DNA from: an uncultured archaeon
Lineage (GTDB): Archaea > Nanobdellota > Nanobdellia > Pacearchaeales > GW2011-AR1
Length of the DNA stretch: 44,099 bases
NCBI GenBank assembly: GCA_903873955.1
Contig: CAIQQL010000042.1
Location: 1-44,099, forward strand
Direction of reading: 5' to 3'
Made by a program: the position numbers and the translations under genes
Shown here: piece after piece, positions 10,171 to 19,591 of the stretch
How positions within the stretch are numbered: the stretch's first letter is position 1
How the letters are laid out: each line of letters begins with the position of its first letter
The notes under the pieces: generated by a model
The model's database searches: none
What the model saw: the letters and a program-made list of their open reading frames with translations, nothing else
Told to the model about the DNA's origin: nothing

Positions 10171-10437
10171 ATGGAAAAAGACATCGATAGAATCGCAAAA
10201 GGCCATGATACGGACATTGTTATCCGTATTGATGACTTTGGAGGAAAACGTGGGTTGACCATAAGAGAGTATGTGACTTCTGAAAGATACACTGGATTTA
10301 CCAAGTCAGGCCTTCGCATCCCTGCAGACAAGTTTATCCTGTTCAAAAAAATCATCAATGGGATAGACGAAAAAGAATTTGAAGCAGAGCCAACCCCTGC
10401 CCCGGCACAAGTAACCAGTGAAGAAAAGACAGAATAA
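10171..10437 (+). CDS. PC4/YdbC-family single-stranded nucleic-acid-binding protein
   Basis: True start MEKDIDR at 10171. Pattern IRIDDFGGKRGLTIREY...GFTKSGLRIP followed by a helix matches the PC4 fold. Confidence 0.75.
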   Translation: MEKDIDRIAKGHDTDIVIRIDDFGGKRGLTIREYVTSERYTGFTKSGLRIPADKFILFKKIINGIDEKEFEAEPTPAPAQVTSEEKTE

Positions 10438-10463
10438 AAGTAATTCAGTCCAGGGTTTGAGGT

Positions 10464-11339
10464 TTAATTTTCAGTGGCAGGTTTTTCGTCTTTCTTTGCG
10501 ACAATCACTTTGATCTCACCATTTTGCCAGGCCTTCAGGACATATCTTGCAGTCTTATCAAGATCAGCATTATTTCCACGAAGCATGAATCCTTTCTTAC
10601 GCCCCAAGACATCAAGCAGAACTTCTACGTCACCTTTTGCATCAATCCCATAGTACGCTTCAAATAACAAAGGATGGGCCTTCATAAGCTCGGAAAGGAC
10701 AAAATCCGGATTCTTTACTTTGTCATAGGTTCGAACACCTATCTCAGCATGTTTTTTCAGATCAGATGATTTCGTGGTAGAATCCTCGCCCTCCTTTATG
10801 ACTCCCGGGCTGTCCAGGATCAGGATATTTCTTGCAAACCTGATCTTCTGGATACCTCGAGTAAATCCTGCCTGTGCAGAGGTACCTGCAGACTTTCGTC
10901 CTGCAAGAAGATTGATGAGCGAGCTCTTACCAACATTGGGATAGCCGATAATCCCAACATGGGCAGTCTTATAGTTATTGCTCTTCCTTTTTGACTCAAT
11001 CTTGATCAAATCACGCAAACGTTTCCTTCCTATGACCGATTTACAGGAAAAAAACACATAGGGTCTTAGTTCCTGCAACTCAACATTCTTCTTTAGTTCG
11101 TTGATGTCCACTAAGTCTGCCTTATTAAAAACATAAACAAGGACCTTGCCCTGTGCCTTGATTTCATCCTCAAAAGTGATATTTCTGGTCTTTTCTATAA
11201 AACGTGCGTCAATCACCTCAAGGATGACATCTGATATGCGGATGACATCCCTCGCTAGCTTTGGGAACGGAACCCGATGGTTGTTACCAGTCTCAATCTT
11301 CCTTGTTCTTCTTGCAGAAAACGAAAAACGTACTCTCAT
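10464..11339 (-). CDS. Circularly permuted ribosome biogenesis GTPase (RbgA/YlqF family)
   Basis: DAR and NKAD (G4) precede GYPNVGKS (G1), GFT (G2) and DSPG (G3). Confidence 0.92.
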   Translation of the reverse strand: MRVRFSFSARRTRKIETGNNHRVPFPKLARDVIRISDVILEVIDARFIEKTRNITFEDEIKAQGKVLVYVFNKADLVDINELKKNVELQELRPYVFFSCKSVIGRKRLRDLIKIESKRKSNNYKTAHVGIIGYPNVGKSSLINLLAGRKSAGTSAQAGFTRGIQKIRFARNILILDSPGVIKEGEDSTTKSSDLKKHAEIGVRTYDKVKNPDFVLSELMKAHPLLFEAYYGIDAKGDVEVLLDVLGRKKGFMLRGNNADLDKTARYVLKAWQNGEIKVIVAKKDEKPATEN

Positions 11340-11370
11340 AATAAACTAAGGTAAATAAGGTTTAATAACG

Positions 11371-11988
11371 TTACTTTAACGCCTCAGAGCGAGATCCTAA
11401 TAAACTACTTTCACGACCGTTTAGAAAAAGAAGCATGGCCTCTTTGGCAATCCGTTCCATCTCTGGCGCAGTGTATCCAGTTGTATCAATAATGATATCG
11501 TAATGACAAAGGTCATCAATATCCAGATGATAGTATTTTTTATATCTCAGACGCTCTGATGCCTTACGTTTCTTGATGTTCCTCAAGGTCTTTTGGAATG
11601 AGACATTCTCTTTTTCAGTAGCGCGATGCTGATTAAATATCCTTTTTGCCGATTCTTTTTCATCAACAGTCACCAGCACGCTTATAGCCTTGGGCAGGAA
11701 ATGCCATCCGATACGGGAGTCAATTACTACTTTCTTTTTTTTGGCAAGAGATCGTGTGAAATTGTCAATCTCCGTATCAATAAGAGGCGACTTCTGAGCC
11801 TGAGCTGATAATTCAAGCAATGAAACCCCTCTTCCTCTTGCCAGTTGGCGAGCATAATCTCCTGCGGAAAAGTGCTGCAAGGAGAAGGACTTCGCCAGGT
11901 ATTTTGCGATCGTTGATTTTCCTGACCCAGGTGTTCCAGAGACCACTATTTGTATATCCTTAGGCAGAGTTCTCGATTTTAGCGCCAT
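11371..11988 (-). CDS. cmk: Cytidylate kinase (archaeal type)
   Basis: SGTPGSGKST P-loop, FSAGD, DSR, E..RYKKYY and YDIIIDT. Confidence 0.88.
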   Translation of the reverse strand: MALKSRTLPKDIQIVVSGTPGSGKSTIAKYLAKSFSLQHFSAGDYARQLARGRGVSLLELSAQAQKSPLIDTEIDNFTRSLAKKKKVVIDSRIGWHFLPKAISVLVTVDEKESAKRIFNQHRATEKENVSFQKTLRNIKKRKASERLRYKKYYHLDIDDLCHYDIIIDTTGYTAPEMERIAKEAMLLFLNGRESSLLGSRSEALK

Positions 11989-11991
11989 GGT

Positions 11992-13104
11992 TTATTCTTT
12001 ATAGATGAAGGAATCTAGAATCTTCTTTGCCTCTTCTTTCTTTTTTCTATGGGAGTCTAAGAAAAGATTTATCTTCTCAATAAGGATTTTCTTCAATTCT
12101 CCACTCAACATCCTTCCAGACTTATACTCCTCATAGATATGATCGAGCTTGGCATCATCAGGCTCAAAGAACATCCTGAGATATTGGTAAGAAACATCTA
12201 TGTCTGGATTTCCTCCAAGCCTGCGATGGTCTTCTATAGTTGACTGCCCACCTGAAAAGGCGTATTTGTTTATCTTTTTCTTGACTTCTTCAGGGGTGTC
12301 TGACAGGTATATGGTCCCCTCTTTTGATGCAGACATTTTTGGGTCTCCATAAAGGGAAGGAATGAACTTAGCATGGAGTGCTGCAGGTTTTGTAAAATGA
12401 AAGTCCCTATGTTCTGCCACATCACGGGTGAGCCTGATGAACGGATCCTGGTCGATGCCTACAGGAACGACCGTCATATGAGCCCCTCTCACAAACTGGG
12501 GAAAAAGTATATGCGCCGCCTGCATTGCTGGATAAAAACTCCAGCCGATGTTGTTTTCTGGCTTGAGACCAAAGACCGCTTTCGCTTCAGAGTAGGTTAT
12601 ACGCTTTGCAATCCTGGCTGCATAGCGATAGATCGAGGTATAGACAAAGTCCTCAAAAATGAACGTCTTTCCCGGTTTAAAACCCAATGCGATAAGATCC
12701 AAGATGTTATCTTCTGAATAACTGATTGCGTTCTCATAGGTTAGCTGGTCTTTGACATAGAACTTCTCATCATCGGAGATAGGTATGAACACTTCGCAGT
12801 CAAACTCATCCTGGAGGGATTTTGCGACAAGGAAAGGGACAAGATGCCCTAGATGCATACGTTCACTTGGTCCGCGACCAGTCAAAACCGAGACCTTCTT
12901 CCCGGCATCATGCGCCTCTAACCATTTATCAAAGTCACGATGGCTAAAATAGATCCCTCTTCGCAAAAGAGGATGTGCAGTCTTTAATCGGTTGTGTATT
13001 TTGTCATTGATAAAAGAAGTCCCAAAGTCCTTGACAAGCTTTTCATAGTTAACCTCTCCGGTTACATCCCAAGGTGTAACGCTAAAATTAGACTTAGTGG
13101 TCAT
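11992..13104 (-). CDS. trpS: Tryptophan--tRNA ligase (archaeal/eukaryal type)
   Basis: VTPW, TGRGPS, HLGH, GIDQDP, KMSAS and KYAFSGG. Likely start is MTTKSNF at 13104. Confidence 0.95.
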   Translation of the reverse strand: MTTKSNFSVTPWDVTGEVNYEKLVKDFGTSFINDKIHNRLKTAHPLLRRGIYFSHRDFDKWLEAHDAGKKVSVLTGRGPSERMHLGHLVPFLVAKSLQDEFDCEVFIPISDDEKFYVKDQLTYENAISYSEDNILDLIALGFKPGKTFIFEDFVYTSIYRYAARIAKRITYSEAKAVFGLKPENNIGWSFYPAMQAAHILFPQFVRGAHMTVVPVGIDQDPFIRLTRDVAEHRDFHFTKPAALHAKFIPSLYGDPKMSASKEGTIYLSDTPEEVKKKINKYAFSGGQSTIEDHRRLGGNPDIDVSYQYLRMFFEPDDAKLDHIYEEYKSGRMLSGELKKILIEKINLFLDSHRKKKEEAKKILDSFIYKE

Positions 13105-13213
13105 AGAGTTATCATGAGAGGAAACTTTAAAAAAGTTTGTAGAGCGTCCAGGGGAAATAGACCCTGCCTGAAGATCCACAAACCTTAATAATTGCAGAGG
13201 GCTTCAAGATAAT

Positions 13214-13660
13214 ATGGAACAAAAGCCGGAGAGCTATTGGAAGAAAAAGCTTACCCCTTCACAGTTTAAGGTCCTACGAGAGGCAAATACTGAGATGCCT
13301 GGAACGGGAAACTTACTCCATAACAAAGAAACGGGAATCTATACCTGTGCTGGATGCGGCTCAGAACTGTTCTCTTCCGCAACAAAATTTGACTCTGGAA
13401 GCGGCTGGCCAAGTTTTTATGATGCTCTTGAAAACAATATAGAGCTTCATGAAGATACAAGTGAAGGCATGCAGCGCATCGAGGTCCGATGCCGCACTTG
13501 CGGAGGGCATCTAGGACACCTCTTTGATGACGGCCCTCTTCCTTCAGGACAAAGATACTGCATCAATTCCGCAGCATTACAGTTTAAGCAGACCATTGAT
13601 CCCTCGCCCTTAAAGAAAAAACGAGCAGGACTATCGAGCCGTAAAAAGAGACGATCCTAA
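13214..13660 (+). CDS. msrB: Peptide-methionine (R)-S-oxide reductase MsrB
   Basis: CAGC and CRTC zinc ligands, KFDSGSGWPSF, HLGHLF and RYCINS. Confidence 0.96.
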   Translation: MEQKPESYWKKKLTPSQFKVLREANTEMPGTGNLLHNKETGIYTCAGCGSELFSSATKFDSGSGWPSFYDALENNIELHEDTSEGMQRIEVRCRTCGGHLGHLFDDGPLPSGQRYCINSAALQFKQTIDPSPLKKKRAGLSSRKKRRS

Positions 13661-13832
13661 CAGAAAGAAAATCAGCAAAAATGAAATAAAAAACACAAAG
13701 AAATTTATCGTATTCTTTTTCATTATCACCTACCTATCCTCTTTCCCCATAAAGACCTTTCTATCCCACCTCCTCCTCGTATTCTTTACTTTAACTTCAT
13801 AGCCTTTAAAAGGACATTCACGATATATTTTT

Positions 13833-14678
13833 ATGGAATTTACCCTAAAAAAACCACTCCTTGGCGCAGAGATTGAGCTCTGTGTGTATGATATTGACAA
13901 GTCCCTTGCTGTCCCCCTACTGGAAGAAGCATTTGAAGAAGGCGTACGATTACAGAAGGTATTCAATTTCTATGATCTTGAGAGTGAGCTTTCATTATTG
14001 AATCACAAGCGAACTTTGGAAACTTCCCCAGAACTCCTGCAAGTACTCAAACAAGCCATTGCCATGGGCAAGGAAACCCAAGGAAGATACGATGTAAGCC
14101 TTGGAAAGCAGTTCCTTGAACAAAAAAGGGGGAAAAAGGTAAGTCCGGTCAATTGTTCGTACAAAAATATCCTTATCAAAGGCAATACCGTAACCCTGAC
14201 CCATCCTGATGTGTTAATTGACCTAGGAAGCATAGCCAAAGGATTCATTGGGGACCAGATTGTTGTCTTTTTTCAAAAGCAAGGCGTTGAAAACGGATTT
14301 GTTGATGTCCGAGGAGATTTACGTTTTTTCGGAACAAAGTCTGAACGCATTGCAATTGAGCACCCTCGTGACAAGACACAGTACTTCGCATTCCTTGAAC
14401 TGTCCAATGTAGGTGTTGCCACCTCAGGAGATTACCGTCAATTCACGGGAGACTACGACCATTGCCATATCCTAGGAAAGCAAGAGCTCATCTCGGTGAC
14501 GGTTGTCGCCCCAACCCTGACAGAAGCAGACGTATTTGCCACAGCGGTCTTCACTCTGGATGAACAGGAAAGGAAAAAACTGCTCGCTAAGAACCCCCAG
14601 ATCCAGGTGTTCACCATCGACCGATACTTAAAAGCAAAAACTTATAATGCGCTCATCATTAAAATGGAGGATAAGTAA
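13833..14678 (+). CDS. apbE: ApbE-family FAD:protein FMN transferase, no signal peptide
   Basis: SELSLLN, DLGSIAKG, GDLR, IEHPR, VATSGDY, HIL, SVTVVAP and ADVFATA motifs. Confidence 0.92.
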   Translation: MEFTLKKPLLGAEIELCVYDIDKSLAVPLLEEAFEEGVRLQKVFNFYDLESELSLLNHKRTLETSPELLQVLKQAIAMGKETQGRYDVSLGKQFLEQKRGKKVSPVNCSYKNILIKGNTVTLTHPDVLIDLGSIAKGFIGDQIVVFFQKQGVENGFVDVRGDLRFFGTKSERIAIEHPRDKTQYFAFLELSNVGVATSGDYRQFTGDYDHCHILGKQELISVTVVAPTLTEADVFATAVFTLDEQERKKLLAKNPQIQVFTIDRYLKAKTYNALIIKMEDK

Positions 14679-14679
14679 T

Positions 14680-16011
14680 ATGGGTGCCAATTCTAACATC
14701 AAATCAAAAGTCGGCCCATTGCTGATCATCCTTCTCGCTCTCGTGCCTGCAGTCATCTGGTTTATTGTCCGTCAGGGAACTGATCGGTTTAACGATTATG
14801 CAACGACTACTCACAGTCTCGGTCAACTTTCTGGGCTTATAGGCATGACTCTTTTTGCATTGTCCTTCTTGATGACCACACGTATGAAGATCATTGAAGA
14901 CTGGTTTGGAGGACTAGACAAAGTGTACAAAGCCCACCACCTGATGGGAGTTCTCGCATTTGTCCTTGTCCTCTTTCACCCTTTGTTGTTGGTAATCAAA
15001 TTTGTCCCCTCCCAGCTTTATCTTGCGGCAGTTTATCTGCTCCCCAGCTCAAGTTGGCCAGTAAATTTTGGCATTGTCGCCTTGCTTTCGATGATCCTCC
15101 TCATCGTGCTCACCATTTTTGCACATATGACCTACCAGAAATGGAAAGTCTCCCATAAATTTATGGGCCTGGTCTTCATCATAGCCTGCTTCCATGTATT
15201 TCTCGTAACTACCGATATCACCTTCTATCCTATCCTGAAATATTACATGCTAGGGATTAGTTTCTTGGGCCTTGCAGCATTTAGTTACACCTTGATCAAA
15301 CCAGTGTTACATACCTCATTACTTTATGAAGTAAGTAAAGTAAACACGCAATACCCCCAATTAACACTCATCTCTCTGAAGCCCAAGGGAAATTCACTTC
15401 AGTTCAAAGCAGGACAGTTTGTTTTTATAAAGATCAGGGGTTCAAACCTTCCTAAAGAACAGCACCCCTTCACCATAGCTTCGTCACCTAGTGAAAAGGA
15501 AATCACCCTGGCGATAAAATCGCTTGGAGACTACACTTCCCAGCTCAAGAATCTTCAGCCAGGAACCCCTGTCGAGATTGAAGGTCCCTATGGCCAGTTT
15601 GATTATCTTACCTGGAAAAGGCCGCAACTCTGGATTGCAGGAGGCATCGGGATCACACCGTTCTTAAGCATGGCTTCCTATGCTGCGGGAACTGGGCAAT
15701 TACCAGGACCAATAACGCTGTTTTATTGCACCAAGAACAGAGAAGAGTCAGTTTTCTTGCAAAAACTAGAGCAAATTTCTCAAAAGCTAGGCCAGGAAAA
15801 ATTCAAAGTCGTCCTCCATTGTTCCCAAGAAAACGGTTATCTAAATACCGAGTTCCTAGGACAACAGATGAACGGCCAAGGACAGCATATCCAAGATATG
15901 GACATCCTTCTTTGCGGTCCGCCAGCAATGATGGAGGGTCTTGCCAAAAGCTTTGAAAAGAAGGGGATAAAGAAAGGCCAGATTCATTATGAGGAGTTCA
16001 ATATCAAATGA
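14680..16011 (+). CDS. Ferric-reductase-like flavocytochrome (heme-b TM domain + FAD- and NAD(P)H-binding domains)
   Basis: TM His pairs (KAHH...FHP; SHKF...FHV), HPFT, GPYG, AGGIGITP, CGP and EEF. ATG at 14680 is preceded by GGAGG. Confidence 0.92.
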   Translation: MGANSNIKSKVGPLLIILLALVPAVIWFIVRQGTDRFNDYATTTHSLGQLSGLIGMTLFALSFLMTTRMKIIEDWFGGLDKVYKAHHLMGVLAFVLVLFHPLLLVIKFVPSQLYLAAVYLLPSSSWPVNFGIVALLSMILLIVLTIFAHMTYQKWKVSHKFMGLVFIIACFHVFLVTTDITFYPILKYYMLGISFLGLAAFSYTLIKPVLHTSLLYEVSKVNTQYPQLTLISLKPKGNSLQFKAGQFVFIKIRGSNLPKEQHPFTIASSPSEKEITLAIKSLGDYTSQLKNLQPGTPVEIEGPYGQFDYLTWKRPQLWIAGGIGITPFLSMASYAAGTGQLPGPITLFYCTKNREESVFLQKLEQISQKLGQEKFKVVLHCSQENGYLNTEFLGQQMNGQGQHIQDMDILLCGPPAMMEGLAKSFEKKGIKKGQIHYEEFNIK

Positions 16012-16364
16012 AAACAAAACTTTTAGTTGGCATATCCTTGGCAGTATTTGTTTTGCTAAGTGTGAACATTATTGCGTTTGGGTTAATTTTAGGAAATAAC
16101 CAAAACAACCAGCAACAGAAGATTATCCTACAGCAGAATACCACCGCAGCAATATCGCGTCAGCAAGACCCGCAGTCCGCAGTAATCTTAAACAACCAGA
16201 CTCAGGCAGCTACTGCCACAAGCACGGCAAGCACAAATTCTGGAAGCTCGACAAACAATGGAGCCGCATCCAGTACAACCACACAACAAAACACGATGAT
16301 GCCTCCGGTAACCACCACCCAGACTCAAACGAAGATGCCTCCACGCACCACAAGGGCCTCTTAA
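16008..16364 (+). CDS. Membrane-anchored Q/T/S-rich protein ending in TTRAS (candidate ApbE substrate)
   Basis: ATGA overlap with the reductase stop; N-terminal TM helix and low-complexity linker. Confidence 0.75.
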   Translation: MKTKLLVGISLAVFVLLSVNIIAFGLILGNNQNNQQQKIILQQNTTAAISRQQDPQSAVILNNQTQAATATSTASTNSGSSTNNGAASSTTTQQNTMMPPVTTTQTQTKMPPRTTRAS

Positions 16365-16411
16365 GAAGTTAAATGACTATTTTTAGGCGCAATGTCTCCA
16401 TATATTGAAGA

Positions 16412-16870
16412 TCAAGAAGAACTTAGGATATATCCATCTGCATCCACAAGTACTGCATGGTCGTCCGCCAGACTACGTTCCCCGTCAGGCGCCGCATCAT
16501 CGCCTGAAGAGCGATCTATAAAATAAAGGCTTTCGCCAGGAACAACGACATAATCCTGGTCAACATATTCAGAGGATAAAGCTTTCAAGGTTATATTCAA
16601 TGATCCGTCAGGCATCGTATTCCTTTGCAACTGAAAGCCGGATAATGCCTGTTGAGCCCCACGGTCTAGATTGACCACGGAGATAAGGTGGGCAAATGGC
16701 CAGTCAGGAGAATCAGTAATACGAACACGATTAGTTTGCATAGATGAACTCTTCAAATTAGGGCTAGGAGCATTAACCCCATATGCCCAACGCATGAGAA
16801 GATATCCTGACAAACAAACCAAAAATATTGCAAGGATGGCGAAAGTAATGGAAATCGTTTTATTTTTCAT
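16412..16870 (-). CDS. Hypothetical secreted or membrane-anchored protein
   Basis: N-terminal TM helix and an acidic C-terminal domain (FIDRSSGDD...DDHAVLVDADGY). Confidence 0.7.
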   Translation of the reverse strand: MKNKTISITFAILAIFLVCLSGYLLMRWAYGVNAPSPNLKSSSMQTNRVRITDSPDWPFAHLISVVNLDRGAQQALSGFQLQRNTMPDGSLNITLKALSSEYVDQDYVVVPGESLYFIDRSSGDDAAPDGERSLADDHAVLVDADGYILSSS

Positions 16871-16924
16871 AATCAGATATATGCATCAACCCTTTTATCC
16901 TTTGTGAAAGTTACCCCCTAAAAA

Positions 16925-16942
16925 AGGATTTGAAAAAATCCT
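16925..16942 (-). terminator. Short hairpin downstream of the DedA gene
   Basis: AGGATTT-GAAA-AAATCCT inverted repeat, followed by a T-run on the minus strand. Confidence 0.35.
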
Positions 16943-16987
16943 ATAACCGGTTAGATAAAATAACGCTCAAATATAGACAGAAGAGTG

Positions 16988-17581
16988 TTATTTTGCCTTA
17001 TTCCTTCTTTTTATCAATCTAATGACCAGATAGACTGCAAGAGCAACCAAGAGCGCCACAACAAAGGAATATTGCACCAGGACCAAGAGCTCATTCCAGG
17101 TATCCTTGAAATAATATCCAATTAAGGAGTACAGTAGTGCTGCGACCAACTGCCCGAGGATAACTGCGCTGATAAATTTCCTAGGCCTTAATTTTTCAAA
17201 ACCACTTAAGTAATTTATCGCCAGACCCAAACCGGTAAAAAGAAACCTACTGAGGAAGATGTACAAAAATCCGTGCTTGTTCAAATAGGATCTTGCTCGG
17301 CCCTCATTTTTATGATACCATCTGAATTTTTTTAGATATTTTCTCAAAGCGTTTGAAAATGTCCATGCCACAGAATACGTCAATAAGTCACCAAAAACAC
17401 TCGCTATCAAAACCAAAGCGATGAGAAAGAGCAGGCTATTGAAATTTATAGCAAAGGAAGCAAAGGAAGCGACTAACACCTCTATTTCTGGAACGATGAC
17501 TATGGAGGAGGCCATAACCAGTATAAAAAGAGTAAAAAGGCTATAGGGGCTATTGAAAATAGCAGTAAGAAAAAGAACCAT
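16988..17581 (-). CDS. DedA/VTT-family membrane protein
   Basis: GDLLTY, HG...IFLSRF, INYLSG and LIGY motifs. Likely start MVLFL at 17581 (TAATG overlap). Confidence 0.85.
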   Translation of the reverse strand: MVLFLTAIFNSPYSLFTLFILVMASSIVIVPEIEVLVASFASFAINFNSLLFLIALVLIASVFGDLLTYSVAWTFSNALRKYLKKFRWYHKNEGRARSYLNKHGFLYIFLSRFLFTGLGLAINYLSGFEKLRPRKFISAVILGQLVAALLYSLIGYYFKDTWNELLVLVQYSFVVALLVALAVYLVIRLIKRRNKAK

Positions 17582-17931
17582 TATCTTACCAAGCTGTTTA
17601 ATTCCTCTTTTACTGAGAGACAATCAAGTTTATTTTTAGTGCAAAGATTCGTTAAAGAAGTCATTAAATTTTCATCAGTAGGAGAGATGCTTAGCTCTTG
17701 AAACAATTGCGATTTGGAGATGTTAAAATGTCTTAGGATCGTGTTAGGAGTCATCCAAAGTTCGATAGCAGGAGAGTGGTTTTCTTTGAAATAGCTCTGA
17801 TGACTTCTCCAGGAATGATAAGTGTTCACGGAAGTGCTTACCAGAAAGATAACCAGGATGAGTAGACAAACCAGAACCATTGCATAGATGAAAATGTAAG
17901 GTTTCTGTCTTGGCACCTTCTTTTTTTTCAT
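17581..17931 (-). CDS. Hypothetical single-TM protein coupled to DedA
   Basis: N-terminal TM helix, then IELWMTPNTI and a helical domain; stop overlaps the DedA start. Confidence 0.7.
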   Translation of the reverse strand: MKKKKVPRQKPYIFIYAMVLVCLLILVIFLVSTSVNTYHSWRSHQSYFKENHSPAIELWMTPNTILRHFNISKSQLFQELSISPTDENLMTSLTNLCTKNKLDCLSVKEELNSLVR

Positions 17932-18058
17932 ATACCCTTAAGGCCTTGGTGATATAAAAGCTTGATGTTTCACACCTTCCAAATAAGTGATTCCCGCTTC
18001 TAATCGCAATCAGCATTGTTAACAAAAAGCTTAAGTATTATTGTCAATAAATAGAGCC

Positions 18059-18778
18059 ATGGACAATTTTATCATCTTTCTTGCATTGATAACCTTCTGC
18101 TCTACCCTTATCGGAGGGGCAGTGATCATCAAGTTCAAGAAATATCTTCCCTATTTCTTTGCATTTGCTGCCGGAAGTCTGATTGCTGTCTCTTTCTTGG
18201 ATCTCCTGCCTGAGAGTCTGGAACTCTCAAACAGCATAGGCCTTCCGATACGAAACATCATGCTAGTCATCGTGTTTTCCTTCTTTTTTTATAGTTTTCT
18301 TGAAAGATTCTTCTTGACCCACCCTGCAGAAGGGCATGAAGGCCATAATCACATCATGGGTCCGATTGGCGCAGGAAGCCTGGTGATCCATAGCTTTTTG
18401 GATGGTATCGCAATTGGCGCCGCATTTCACGTAAATCCCGCGATAGGTTCGATAGTTGCCCTTGCAGTCATCTCCCATGATTTCACCGATGGCATCAATA
18501 CAGTTGCAGTCATGTTGAAGAATAAGCAGACCACCCGAAGAGCAATAACATTCCTCATCTTTGACGCCTTAGCCCCGGTTATAGGTGTAGTGGCAGCGAC
18601 TGCTTTGGATATACCTCAGACTGTATTGGCTTTGATATTGGCATTTTTTGTAGGAGAGTTCCTTTATATCGGCGCAGCAACTCTGTTCCCTGAAACCAGA
18701 AAAGAGATGTCCAAGGGAATAATCCTGGCCATGGCATTAGGCATCATCGTCATCACCATATTAACTTCCTTGATCTAA
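18059..18778 (+). CDS. ZIP-family metal transporter
   Basis: DLLPE, His-rich loop, HSFLDG and HDFTDG metal-site helices. Confidence 0.92.
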   Translation: MDNFIIFLALITFCSTLIGGAVIIKFKKYLPYFFAFAAGSLIAVSFLDLLPESLELSNSIGLPIRNIMLVIVFSFFFYSFLERFFLTHPAEGHEGHNHIMGPIGAGSLVIHSFLDGIAIGAAFHVNPAIGSIVALAVISHDFTDGINTVAVMLKNKQTTRRAITFLIFDALAPVIGVVAATALDIPQTVLALILAFFVGEFLYIGAATLFPETRKEMSKGIILAMALGIIVITILTSLI

Positions 18779-18818
18779 GTCAAAACATAAGTCTGGCCAG
18801 ATAAAATAACAGCTGGTT

Positions 18819-19457
18819 CTAGAACCCTAAAACTTCGTTAATTAAAATAAGATGAATCCTATTTTGAGAAGACTCCTTATTGATTATCAAGAGTTTGTTC
18901 ACATTGCTCCCTACACCATATGCTTTTTTCGCACGGGCATCCTCCAGAGGGAGCACATAATCGTAGAGCCTTTTCATCCCCTCTTCAAGAGTAGAAACAA
19001 TTTTCTGCGTCCCCACGACCCAAATGACCTGATCTGCCCCATATGCATAGGCAGGAAGCTGACTTCCCGATGCTGACGCGATAATTGCTTCTCCTTTTTC
19101 GGTTAATGCATGGATGCTCCCAATAGCATAAGAAGGCGCAGCACCCAACTGCTTCATCACATGACCTTGTTTATCCTTGTCCATAGTTGAAAACTTCTTC
19201 CTTACCGTATCAAAGTTACCGGACTCTTCAATCTCCTTCAAAATTCCCGTCTCTTCCAACGTTCTTGAACTCATGGTCATTATCTCTGAACCTTTTGGGA
19301 TTATTGAGATCACTTTATTCTTTGCTTCTTCAGACGACCCGACAAAGTAAGGGATGATACCCTTCTCCTTCAAAGACTGCATAGTCCTCTCCACAGCCTC
19401 TTTACTTGCAAGCACATTCCAGGAAGTACGGGCATCAGATTTCTTTTTAATAACCAT
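18819..19457 (-). CDS. LUD-domain (LutC/YkgG-like) protein
   Basis: GSIHALTEKG, ASASGSQL, VVGTQKIV and C-terminal ILINEVLGF. Confidence 0.8.
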   Translation of the reverse strand: MVIKKKSDARTSWNVLASKEAVERTMQSLKEKGIIPYFVGSSEEAKNKVISIIPKGSEIMTMSSRTLEETGILKEIEESGNFDTVRKKFSTMDKDKQGHVMKQLGAAPSYAIGSIHALTEKGEAIIASASGSQLPAYAYGADQVIWVVGTQKIVSTLEEGMKRLYDYVLPLEDARAKKAYGVGSNVNKLLIINKESSQNRIHLILINEVLGF

Positions 19458-19591
19458 CACTTATCGAGGTTAAACCTCTATTTAAAACCCTCGGCTATCC
19501 AATCTCTCCATGGACCCCCGAGGATCCTAACCCCTAAATAATCTAAACTCCTCTTCGAGAAAATACTTAACTTTCAGAAGATTTAAAAGCA

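Noticed and set aside
16100..16340. CAA/ACC-rich low-complexity DNA
   Set aside because: Explained by the Q/T/S/N-rich linker coding sequence.
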